Origin: Candidatus Sulfobium sp. | GTDB lineage: Bacteria; Nitrospirota; Thermodesulfovibrionia; Thermodesulfovibrionales; UBA6898 | Reading direction: 5' to 3' | Assembly (NCBI GenBank): GCA_037380845.1 | Contig: JARRRI010000073.1 | Location: 1 to 24,578, forward strand | DNA length: 24,578 nucleotides | Part shown: one piece after another, positions 17,563 to 24,578 of the stretch | Position numbering within the stretch: the stretch's first letter is position 1 | Layout: each line of letters starts with the position of its first letter | Position numbers and translations under genes: made by a program | Notes under the pieces: model-generated | Told to the model about the DNA's origin: nothing | Seen by the model: the letters and a program-made list of their open reading frames with translations, nothing else | The model's database searches: none

Positions 17563-17706
17563 TGTTGTTTCTCCTGTAATCCGCCTTCTTTATGGTAAGC
17601 GAGCCGACTTCCGGTTTTCAAGAAGTTCCGGTCAAAGAGGGCTGCTTCCTTGAAAAAATTTCCGTTCCATGACCAAATATGTTTTACAATCATACCGAGG
17701 TGGCGC

Positions 17707-18377
17707 GTGTTTGCTTTTAAGAAATTAATTACACCTTTTCTCCTGCCCCCGGGGATATTTGTCGTTATACTGATAGCCTCGGGTCGGTTTCGGATGCCCT
17801 TATGAAGGGTCTGGAGACCGGTCTGACCATTCCCGCAAACCCCCGGGGCGATGTGATAATCCTTCTTGGAGGAGGCGCTCGCGAGGGAGCGAAGGACCTG
17901 ACCGGGGTCGGTGCCCCCTCGGAAGATACCCTCGCCAGGATCGTAACGGCTGTGCGGCTTGAGAAAAGGCTGCACGTGCCGGTCATTGTCTCCGGCGGGG
18001 CGGTCTTCCCGTGGAAAAAGTCCGAGGCCCCGGTGGACAGGCGTTTTCTCATGGACCTGGGTGTTCAGGGTGACAGGATAATCGTGGAAGACAAGAGCCG
18101 TGACACCTTCGAAAATGCCAGGTATGTAAAAGAGATATGCGAAAAACGCCGTTTCAAAAACCCTGTCCTCGTGACGTCGGCTTATCATATGAGGCGGTCG
18201 CTGCTGATGTTCAGGAAGTTCAATATGGGGGTGACGCCGGTGCCCGCCGGGTTCAGGGCATGGGACAGGAAATACGGCTGGGCGGATTACCTGCCTGGAG
18301 ACCTGGCGGCCTCCAGGACCGCATTCCGGGAATACGTCGGCCTTCTGTACTATAAAGCGGTTTTCGGGATCGAATAA
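17707..18377 (+). pseudogene. YdcF/ElyC (DUF218) family protein, frameshift and internal deletion at about 17785
   Basis: GAGGTGG RBS + GTG: MFAFKKLITPFLLPPGIFVVILIASG. Other frame: VSDALMKGLE...ILLGGG...VSGG...EDKSRDTFENA...LVTSAYHMRRS...EYVG. Confidence 0.8.
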
Positions 18378-18482
18378 GACCCAGCCGGCCTTTTCCGGCG
18401 GCCGGGATAACGGAGAGGGCGTTTAACCGCAGACAATTGCGGACCGACACAGACAAACGAGCAGATGACCAGGCCTCGAAAG

Positions 18483-18510
18483 TTGACATTTGGGCGGCCG
18501 ATGGTAGGAT
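18483..18510 (+). promoter_or_regulatory. sigma70 promoter of the pfpI-yyaL-like pair
   Basis: TTGACA-16 bp-TAGGAT with extended TG. Confidence 0.5.
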
Positions 18511-18565
18511 TTAAGTACGCCCCGAAGCAGACAGAAACGCTACGCAGCAAAACAGGAGGCCCACC

Positions 18566-19072
18566 ATGAAAGTACTAATGATCAGCGCGGACAATTTTGA
18601 GGATGCAGAACTTCTTTTCCCCTATTACCGCTTGAGGGAAGAAGGGATAGACGTCGATCTTGCCTCGATGACCAGGGGGAAAATCAAGGGCAAACACGGA
18701 TATGAAATCGAAGCCAACATGTCCCTGGATGAGGTAAAACCGGAGAAGTACGACATGCTCATCCTGCCGGGGGGGAAGGCCCCGGCGGCGGTGCGGAAGG
18801 AGAAGAAGGCACTGGATATCGCGAAATACTTCTTCGAGAAGGATAAACCCGTGTCTTCCATCTGCCACGGACCGCAGATATTGATATCGGCCGGTCTGAT
18901 GAAGGGAAGACATGCCACCTGCTATAAGTCCGTAGCGCCGGAGCTGAAGGAAGCCGGGGCGGACTATGAAGACAGGGAAGTTGTGATCGACGGAAAACTG
19001 GTTACGTCCCGGCAGCCCTCCGATCTGCCGGCCTTCATGCGGGAGACCATGAAGAAACTGAAAGGGAAGTAG
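18566..19072 (+). CDS. pfpI: DJ-1/PfpI family (type 1 glutamine amidotransferase-like) protease/deglycase
   Basis: FEDAEL..PYYRL, LILPGG, SICHGPQ, LVTSRQPSDL; AGGAGG RBS. Confidence 0.92.
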   Translation: MKVLMISADNFEDAELLFPYYRLREEGIDVDLASMTRGKIKGKHGYEIEANMSLDEVKPEKYDMLILPGGKAPAAVRKEKKALDIAKYFFEKDKPVSSICHGPQILISAGLMKGRHATCYKSVAPELKEAGADYEDREVVIDGKLVTSRQPSDLPAFMRETMKKLKGK

Positions 19073-19077
19073 GCGCC

Positions 19078-21036
19078 GTGAACAGGCTCGCCGGGGAAAG
19101 GTCTCCATATCTCAGTCACGCCGCGTCCCAGGAAATCGACTGGTATCCGTGGTCTCAGGAGGCATTCGACGAGGCGAAAAAGCAGAACAAGCCTGTATTC
19201 ATGAGCAGCGGCGCCGTATGGTGTCACTGGTGTCATGTAATGGCGAAGGAATGTTTTGAAAACGAAGAGATTGCCCGGATGCTCAATGAGAGTTTCATCA
19301 GCGTGAAGCTTGACAGGGACGAGAGGCCCGACATAGACAAGCGGTATCAACGCGCGGTGGCCGCAATGGGGCAGGGCAGCGGCTGGCCCCTCAGCGTATT
19401 CCTGACCCCCGAGAAGAAACCCTTTTTCGGGGGTACCTACTTCCCTCCGGAGGACCACGTCGGCAGGCCCGGGTTCAAGACGGTGCTCAGGAGCGTCATC
19501 GAATTCTACAGGTCCAGGGGAGAGGAGGTTTCTGAATACGGCGAAAGACTTCTGGATTCCCTGAGACCCGGACCGGGCATGGAGGGGGAAATCCCGGCCT
19601 CGCTCCTCGATGAAGCGGAGAAGGCTGTTATGGGGCAGTTCGACGCCACAAACGGGGGTTTCGGAAAGTCGCCTAAGTTCCCGATGCCGGGGGCCCTGGA
19701 ATTCCTGATGCTCAGGTATTTTTCCGGCCGCGACGCGAAAACCGGGGAGGCGGCAAGAAAGACTCTGGAGGCAATGGCAAAGGGAGGATTCCATGACCAG
19801 CTGGGGGGCGGTTTCCACAGATACTCTGTCGACGAGGCATGGACGGTCCCCCACTTCGAAAAAATGGCGGACGACAACGCCTGGCTTCTGAGAAATTACA
19901 TTTGTGGCTACTTCCTCTTCGAGGACGATTATTTCAGGAGGGTGGCCGAGGGAACGATCGACTTTGTCAAAGAGGTGCTCTCGGACCCCGGGGGAGGGTT
20001 TTACGCCAGCCAGGACGCCGACGTGACAGTGGATGATGAAGGCGGATATTTCATCTGGACCGACGAAGAATTCAGGGGCGTCCTCGACGACGAGGAATAC
20101 AAGGTGTTGTCGCTGCACCTCTTCCACGAAAGAGCGGCCGCCCATCACGATCTGTCGAAAAGGGTCCTCCTGATCGCCACGGATCCGGCCGAGATTGCGG
20201 AGCGGACGGGCATTGAGCCGAGAAGGGTTGCGAAGATTATCAATAGCGGCATGGACAAATTGCTTGAGGAGAGGAACCGCAGACCGCAGCCCTTCGTGGA
20301 CAAGACCTTTTACACTTCCCTGAACGGGATGATGATCTCATCTTTTCTTCTGGCTTACCGCTGTCTCGGCCGTGATGACGTGAAGGGGTTTGCTCTCAGG
20401 AGTCTCGACCGTATACTCGCTGAATACTTCGACGGTGAAAGGCTTCTCCATACTGACGGTGTTACAGCGACACTGGACGACTACGTATATCTTGTCGAGT
20501 CCCTGTTATCGGCCTACGAAGTTACGGGAGACGATTCCTATTCAGCCCGGGCGGCCCGGGCCATGGGATCGTGTATCGGGTCGTTCTGGGACGCCGGTTC
20601 CGGGGGGTTTTTCGATACCGGCGAGGATGTGCTCGGTGTGCGGCTCAAATCGTTTGAGGACATCCCTCATCCGTCTCCAAACGCGCTGGCCGTTGTGCAA
20701 TTGCTGAAGTTGTATCACATGACGGGGAAAGAGAGTTACTTCAGCCTTGCCGAAAAGACACTCAGGGCCTTTTCCCGACAGGCGCGGGAAACAGGCATCC
20801 ATGCAGGATATTATTTCTGCGGCCTGGATGCGTATTACCATATGTTCAAATTGACGCTCGAGACCTCGCCCGGCAGCGACCTGGCGCGCACCGCACTGAA
20901 TTTTTTCATGCCCTATAAAGGAATTGTATACGGGGAAGACAAGAACCTCGTAACCCCTTGTCTCCCCTCGGGAGTTTGCCTCGAACCGGTCGGTGAGGCA
21001 GATGACCTCAGGCAGTTCCTGACGCGCCCGTCTTGA
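19078..21036 (+). CDS. Thioredoxin-domain protein, YyaL/SSP411 (DUF255) family
   Basis: NRLAGERSPYL, WCHWCHVM, DRDERPDID, GWPLSVFLTP, GGGFHRYSVD, PHFEKM. Confidence 0.93.
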   Translation: MNRLAGERSPYLSHAASQEIDWYPWSQEAFDEAKKQNKPVFMSSGAVWCHWCHVMAKECFENEEIARMLNESFISVKLDRDERPDIDKRYQRAVAAMGQGSGWPLSVFLTPEKKPFFGGTYFPPEDHVGRPGFKTVLRSVIEFYRSRGEEVSEYGERLLDSLRPGPGMEGEIPASLLDEAEKAVMGQFDATNGGFGKSPKFPMPGALEFLMLRYFSGRDAKTGEAARKTLEAMAKGGFHDQLGGGFHRYSVDEAWTVPHFEKMADDNAWLLRNYICGYFLFEDDYFRRVAEGTIDFVKEVLSDPGGGFYASQDADVTVDDEGGYFIWTDEEFRGVLDDEEYKVLSLHLFHERAAAHHDLSKRVLLIATDPAEIAERTGIEPRRVAKIINSGMDKLLEERNRRPQPFVDKTFYTSLNGMMISSFLLAYRCLGRDDVKGFALRSLDRILAEYFDGERLLHTDGVTATLDDYVYLVESLLSAYEVTGDDSYSARAARAMGSCIGSFWDAGSGGFFDTGEDVLGVRLKSFEDIPHPSPNALAVVQLLKLYHMTGKESYFSLAEKTLRAFSRQARETGIHAGYYFCGLDAYYHMFKLTLETSPGSDLARTALNFFMPYKGIVYGEDKNLVTPCLPSGVCLEPVGEADDLRQFLTRPS

Positions 21037-21060
21037 CTTTTCCCGCCCTGCTGATAGAAT
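21033..21060 (+). promoter_or_regulatory. sigma70 promoter upstream of the UGA-rich peptide
   Basis: TTGACT-16 bp-TAGAAT with extended TG. Confidence 0.6.
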
Positions 21061-21131
21061 GGAATCGGGTCAATATAAGGGCGGAAAGCGGTTTGTGACC
21101 GCTTTGTTGTCAGGGAAGGAGGTGAAGCAGG

Positions 21132-21299
21132 ATGAAGAAGACAGTGAGCAAAAAGGCTCTTGTCAAGGAGGCCGCTTTCTGGAGCAGCTTCAGGAACGCG
21201 GTTAAAGAAAATCCTGGCAAGATATGCCACAAGTGAAAGAGTTGAAAGAGCTGAAGTCGCCGGTCGGCGACGAAATGAGGGGGGCAGGTGGGGCGTTAA
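21132..21299 (+). CDS. Putative selenocysteine-containing RiPP precursor peptide (up to four in-frame UGA)
   Basis: AAGGAGGTGA RBS. MKKTVSKKALVKEAAFWSSFRNAVKENPGKICHKUKSUKSUSRRSATKUGGQVGR*. UGA at 21234, 21243, 21252 and 21276; first UAA at 21297. The true end may be the 3rd or 4th UGA. Confidence 0.7.
21256..21271 (+). promoter_or_regulatory. SECIS-like hairpin
   Basis: GUCGCC-GGUC-GGCGAC; loop starts 25 nt after UGA1 and 16 nt after UGA2. Confidence 0.6.
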
Positions 21300-21330
21300 T
21301 GGTGATAATTTCCGCCTCATCTGCCCTTTT
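21282..21330 (+). other. Long stem-loop (second SECIS, terminator or stability element)
   Basis: GGGCAGGUGGGGCG pairs with CGCCUCAUCUGCCC (14 bp, 2 G-U); possible apical GGUG; followed by UUUU. Confidence 0.6.
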
Positions 21331-21437
21331 GTATGAAGCGGTGTTTTTGAGGGTCTCACGGCGGGATATGTATCGTCTGTCTTTATGCCGCCATGCCCGG
21401 GTCTTTAGCCGGACATCCGTTCCGGAGTTTTAAAACA

Positions 21438-21499
21438 CCTGGATTCCCGTCCCCGGTCGCCTCTGGCGCTGCCAGAGACGGGTAAACTGCGCGGGAATG
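21438..21499. repeat. REP-like element with nested hairpin insertion
   Basis: cctggattcccg [tccccggtcgcctctggcgctgccagagacgggtaaact] gcgcgggaatg. Confidence 0.6.
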
Positions 21500-21549
21500 T
21501 GGGGACCCTTATATATGAAGCTGCAATATTTCCGATGAGGTGAACAAAG

Positions 21550-22596
21550 TTGTCGACGAACGATTCGCATGATTTTTTTATTCAGTGGCATCTGACCGAC
21601 CGCTGCAACCTCAGGTGCAGGCATTGTTACCAGCAGGGCGGCACGGCGGACGAGATGTCTCTTTCCGAAATCGGGTCAGTCGCCGGCGAGGTGGAGGAAA
21701 CGCTGAAGATCTGGGCAGACGCCTATGACATTTCCTTCACTCCCAGTTTCAATATCACCGGGGGAGAGCCTTTTCTCAGGAAGGATATCTTTGAAATACT
21801 CGCTGAGCTGACGGAGCGGGGATTTGAAATATATCTTCTTTCCAACGGAACGCTGATCGATGGCAAGAAAGCGCGCAGACTGTCGGAACTGGCGACAAAA
21901 GGCGTCCAGATAAGCATGGAGGGACCGGAACACATCCATGACGCAATCAGGGGAAGAGGCAGTTACTCCGCATCGGTGAAAGGGATTTCCCGCCTTCTTG
22001 ATGCAGGGGTGAAGGTCACGATGAATGTTACACTGTCGGGCCTCAATGTGGCTTTTTTCAGGGAGCTTGTCGCACTCGCGTCTTCTCTCGGCGTCCAGAG
22101 GCTCGGCTTTTCGAGACTCGTGCCTTCCGGCAGGGGGGCGGGGCTCCTGAACAGCATGCTGGGAAAGGAAGATGTGCGAAGCGCATATGCAGAAATATTT
22201 TCACTCTCCGCGGGGCAGGTCGAGATCGTTACAGGAGACCCCGTTGCTGCGCAGATGTCTGTTCCGCCCGGTGAGGGTGATGCGGGTGGATTTCCCGGCG
22301 GCGGCTGTGCGGCCGGCGTGTCCGGCCTGACCTTTCTCCCCGACGGTACCATAATCCCGTGCCGGAGGCTGCATGTCCCCGTCGGAAACATTCTGAAGGA
22401 CAGTCTGCGCGAGGTGTGGGCGACTTCCGGCGTGCTGGAGGCGCTGAGGGACAGGAAGAGGTACGGCGGGAAGTGCGGGACCTGCAGCAGGTGGGCGGAC
22501 TGCAGGGGATGCAGGGCCATCGCATATGCATATTCGCAGTCGGGAGGAGGGGAAGACTTCCTTTGCGAGGACCCGCAGTGCTTTATCCGGGACTGA
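21550..22596 (+). CDS. Radical SAM/SPASM domain enzyme, candidate peptide maturase
   Basis: QWHLTDRCNLRCRHCY, TGGEP, HDAIRG; SPASM GCAAG...PCRR...KCGTC..W..CRGCRA...EDPQC. GAGGTGA RBS, TTG start. Confidence 0.92.
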   Translation: MSTNDSHDFFIQWHLTDRCNLRCRHCYQQGGTADEMSLSEIGSVAGEVEETLKIWADAYDISFTPSFNITGGEPFLRKDIFEILAELTERGFEIYLLSNGTLIDGKKARRLSELATKGVQISMEGPEHIHDAIRGRGSYSASVKGISRLLDAGVKVTMNVTLSGLNVAFFRELVALASSLGVQRLGFSRLVPSGRGAGLLNSMLGKEDVRSAYAEIFSLSAGQVEIVTGDPVAAQMSVPPGEGDAGGFPGGGCAAGVSGLTFLPDGTIIPCRRLHVPVGNILKDSLREVWATSGVLEALRDRKRYGGKCGTCSRWADCRGCRAIAYAYSQSGGGEDFLCEDPQCFIRD

Positions 22597-22600
22597 CGCC

Positions 22601-23182
22601 TTGGCGGACCTGCTTGCACTTCTGGCCATCATTGTCTGGCCCGTTGTTCCGCTTTTCTGGATACCCGTTCACGGATTTCCGCAACTGTTCAGAAAACTCG
22701 GCATTCTCTCGTATGTTGTACCCTTCGTACTCTGGCTTCCCGTGGGCTATCTCATTTACCATAACAGGGACTTTCTTCTTCACTATAAGGCCGGCCTGCC
22801 GTTCTGGCTGAACATTGCCGGATTTGTTTTTCTTGGAGCGGGCTGTGGACTTCAACTCTGGACAGGCAAGCTCCTCGGACTCTGGGGACTGATGGGCCTG
22901 CCGGAGATCTCGGGCAGGGTCAGGAGCAGGCTGGTGGCCGACGGGGCCTTTGCGGTGGTCAGGCATCCGACCTATCTGTCCCACACCCTGATATTTTCCG
23001 GCGTATTCCTTATAACGGGGGTTTTAGCGGTGGGAGCCATCACAGTGGCCGACTTCATCGTGATCAACACCTTAATCATCCCCCTCGAAGAAAAGGAACT
23101 GGCCGCACGGTTTGACGGCGAATATGAAGAATACAGGAAGCGGGTACCCAGGTTCTTCCCGGGGCTGCACCGCAAACATTAA
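22601..23182 (+). CDS. Isoprenylcysteine carboxyl methyltransferase (ICMT/PEMT)-family membrane protein
   Basis: Hydrophobic helices; LVADGAFAVVRHPTY, EEKELAARF..EYEEYRKRVPRF; TTG 4 nt after the rSAM stop. Confidence 0.85.
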   Translation: MADLLALLAIIVWPVVPLFWIPVHGFPQLFRKLGILSYVVPFVLWLPVGYLIYHNRDFLLHYKAGLPFWLNIAGFVFLGAGCGLQLWTGKLLGLWGLMGLPEISGRVRSRLVADGAFAVVRHPTYLSHTLIFSGVFLITGVLAVGAITVADFIVINTLIIPLEEKELAARFDGEYEEYRKRVPRFFPGLHRKH

Positions 23183-23347
23183 TGCCGGCTGTTTGTCGCA
23201 ACCGTTTCTACCTTGCTGCCCCGGATGTGATAAGATAGTTTGTGCTAAGGACAAGATACCGGAAGTTTTTTCCGATCATATTCAGCTATAGAGCAGAGGA
23301 TATATGAAGTCACCGTATCGTTGGGGCGGACTGAGCCGCCCTTTATC

Positions 23348-24578
23348 ATGAGATTCGAAGATCTTGACATCCCGGCCTCTATCCTTGAGGGGATCAGGGC
23401 GGCGGGCTTTACCGAGTGTACTCCCATCCAGGCGCTTACGCTGCCTGAGGCCCTTCGGGGGAGGGACATAGCCGGTCAGGCCCAGACGGGCACGGGCAAG
23501 ACCGCAGCCTTCCTTATCGCGATTTTTTCACGGATGCTTGTTCTTCCACCTGCAGGTCGAGGGCCGTCCCCAAGGGCCCTGATTATCGCACCCACCCGTG
23601 AGCTGGTTGTGCAGATCGAGGCGGAGGCCCGGATTCTCGTGGGGTCGGCAGGTTTTAGGATAGTGTCCGCTTACGGCGGCATAGATTACCTGAGACAGCG
23701 CGAGGAAATAGCCAGGGGCGTGGATGTCCTTATAGGGACTCCCGGACGCCTGATAGACTATCTGAAACAGAAGGTTTACAGCCTGAAAAAGACCGGTTTT
23801 CTCGTCATCGACGAGGCCGACCGCATGTTCGATATGGGCTTCATCAGCGACCTGCGGTTCCTGCTCCGCAGAATGTCGTCCTATGAGAAGAGGCAGTCGA
23901 TGCTCTTTTCGGCCACACTATCCAACCGGGTGATGGAACTCTGTTACGAACACATGAACATGCCGGAGAAATTCAGCGTCACCCCCGAGCAGGTAACGGT
24001 CGAGCAGATAGAGCAGGAGATATATCATATCGGCAAGGACGAGAAGGTCGGCCTGCTCCTCGGTCTTCTTAGACGCGAAGCCGGTGGCCGCTATCTGATT
24101 TTTTGCAATATGAAGTCGACGGCTGAGAGGCTGGAGGCCCTCCTGAACGCCAATGGTTACGGCACCGCGGCCATCACCGGGGACATACCCCAGAAGAAGC
24201 GCATGAGGGTCTTGTCCAGGTTCAAGGAGGGCATCTTCCCGATCCTGGTGGCAACGGACGTGGCGAGCAGGGGGCTCCACATCGAGGGGGTGACGCACGT
24301 AATCAACTACGACCTGCCGCAGGACCCGGAAGACTATGTGCACCGCATAGGCAGGACGGCGCGGGCCGGTGCGGGGGGCAAGGCGATCAGTCTTGCCTGC
24401 GAGGATTACGTCCACTCCCTGCCGGACATCGAGGATTTCATCAGGCAGAAGATACCGGTTGTTCCGGTGACGGACGAGCTGGTCGTCGCCGGATACAAAA
24501 GGGCCGCCGGGAAACCGCGCAAAACGTCTTTACCGCCGAGGGGAAAACCTGAGTCGAGAAGAGGGCGGGGGAACGGGA
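23348..24578 (+). CDS. DEAD-box RNA helicase, RhlB-like (3' end outside window)
   Basis: Manual translation: MRFEDL...GFTECTPIQ...GQAQTGTGKTAAF, PTREL, TPGRL, DEADRMFDMGF, SAT, HRIGRTARAG. Confidence 0.95.
   Translation, partial: MRFEDLDIPASILEGIRAAGFTECTPIQALTLPEALRGRDIAGQAQTGTGKTAAFLIAIFSRMLVLPPAGRGPSPRALIIAPTRELVVQIEAEARILVGSAGFRIVSAYGGIDYLRQREEIARGVDVLIGTPGRLIDYLKQKVYSLKKTGFLVIDEADRMFDMGFISDLRFLLRRMSSYEKRQSMLFSATLSNRVMELCYEHMNMPEKFSVTPEQVTVEQIEQEIYHIGKDEKVGLLLGLLRREAGGRYLIFCNMKSTAERLEALLNANGYGTAAITGDIPQKKRMRVLSRFKEGIFPILVATDVASRGLHIEGVTHVINYDLPQDPEDYVHRIGRTARAGAGGKAISLACEDYVHSLPDIEDFIRQKIPVVPVTDELVVAGYKRAAGKPRKTSLPPRGKPESRRGRGNG

Noticed and set aside
18566..21036. PfpI and YyaL-like genes as leader peptidase/redox partner of the peptide system
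   Set aside because: Both are widespread genes with their own promoter, and the peptide has a separate one; only adjacency supports a link.
21132..21299. UGA read as Trp/Gly (alternative genetic code)
   Set aside because: TGG is used for Trp in the same peptide, and many intact genes in the window end at TGA.
21224..21433. 69-aa ORF MPQVKELKELKS... from the ORF track as the rSAM substrate
   Set aside because: No RBS, runs through both hairpins, and overlaps the strongly initiated UGA-containing frame; its KEL repeat is a shadow of the KS-UGA repeat.

Overview
Bacterial chromosomal segment in the standard genetic code. Gene content is compatible with an anaerobic Nitrospirota/Desulfobacterota-like organism (impression only). 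Left part (1-9.1 kb) is an accessory region: an IPTL-CTERM beta-helix surface protein, a higA remnant, vapBC, a DUF2007-like protein, a Phd/RelE pair, a secreted pyroglutamyl-peptidase-like protein, a nucleoside deaminase, a frameshifted OB-fold protein, SRPBCC and DUF362 genes. These are separated by a shuffled mosaic of short repeat modules and bounded by tRNA-Asp/tRNA-Val, with a tRNA-Asp-derived pseudo-copy between them. The middle is housekeeping/stress genes: lytic transglycosylase, nadA, broken GT9, tadA, Usp, kinase-like, Hsp20, Rrf2, prmA, an unannotated Cys-containing ORF, broken YdcF, PfpI and YyaL-like. The main finding is at 21.1-23.2 kb and is absent from the ORF track. A short ORF with a strong promoter and RBS reads MKKTVSKKALVKEAAFWSSFRNAVKENPGKICHK-UGA-KS-UGA-KS-UGA-SRRSATK-UGA-GGQVGR-UAA, a C-x-x-U-x-x-U-x-x-U register. 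It is followed by a GGUC-loop SECIS-like hairpin, then a radical SAM/SPASM enzyme and a membrane methyltransferase: a candidate multi-selenocysteine RiPP system. The window ends in a RhlB-like DEAD-box helicase. Several genes carry frameshifts, internal deletions or active-site substitutions that could be real decay or assembly error.
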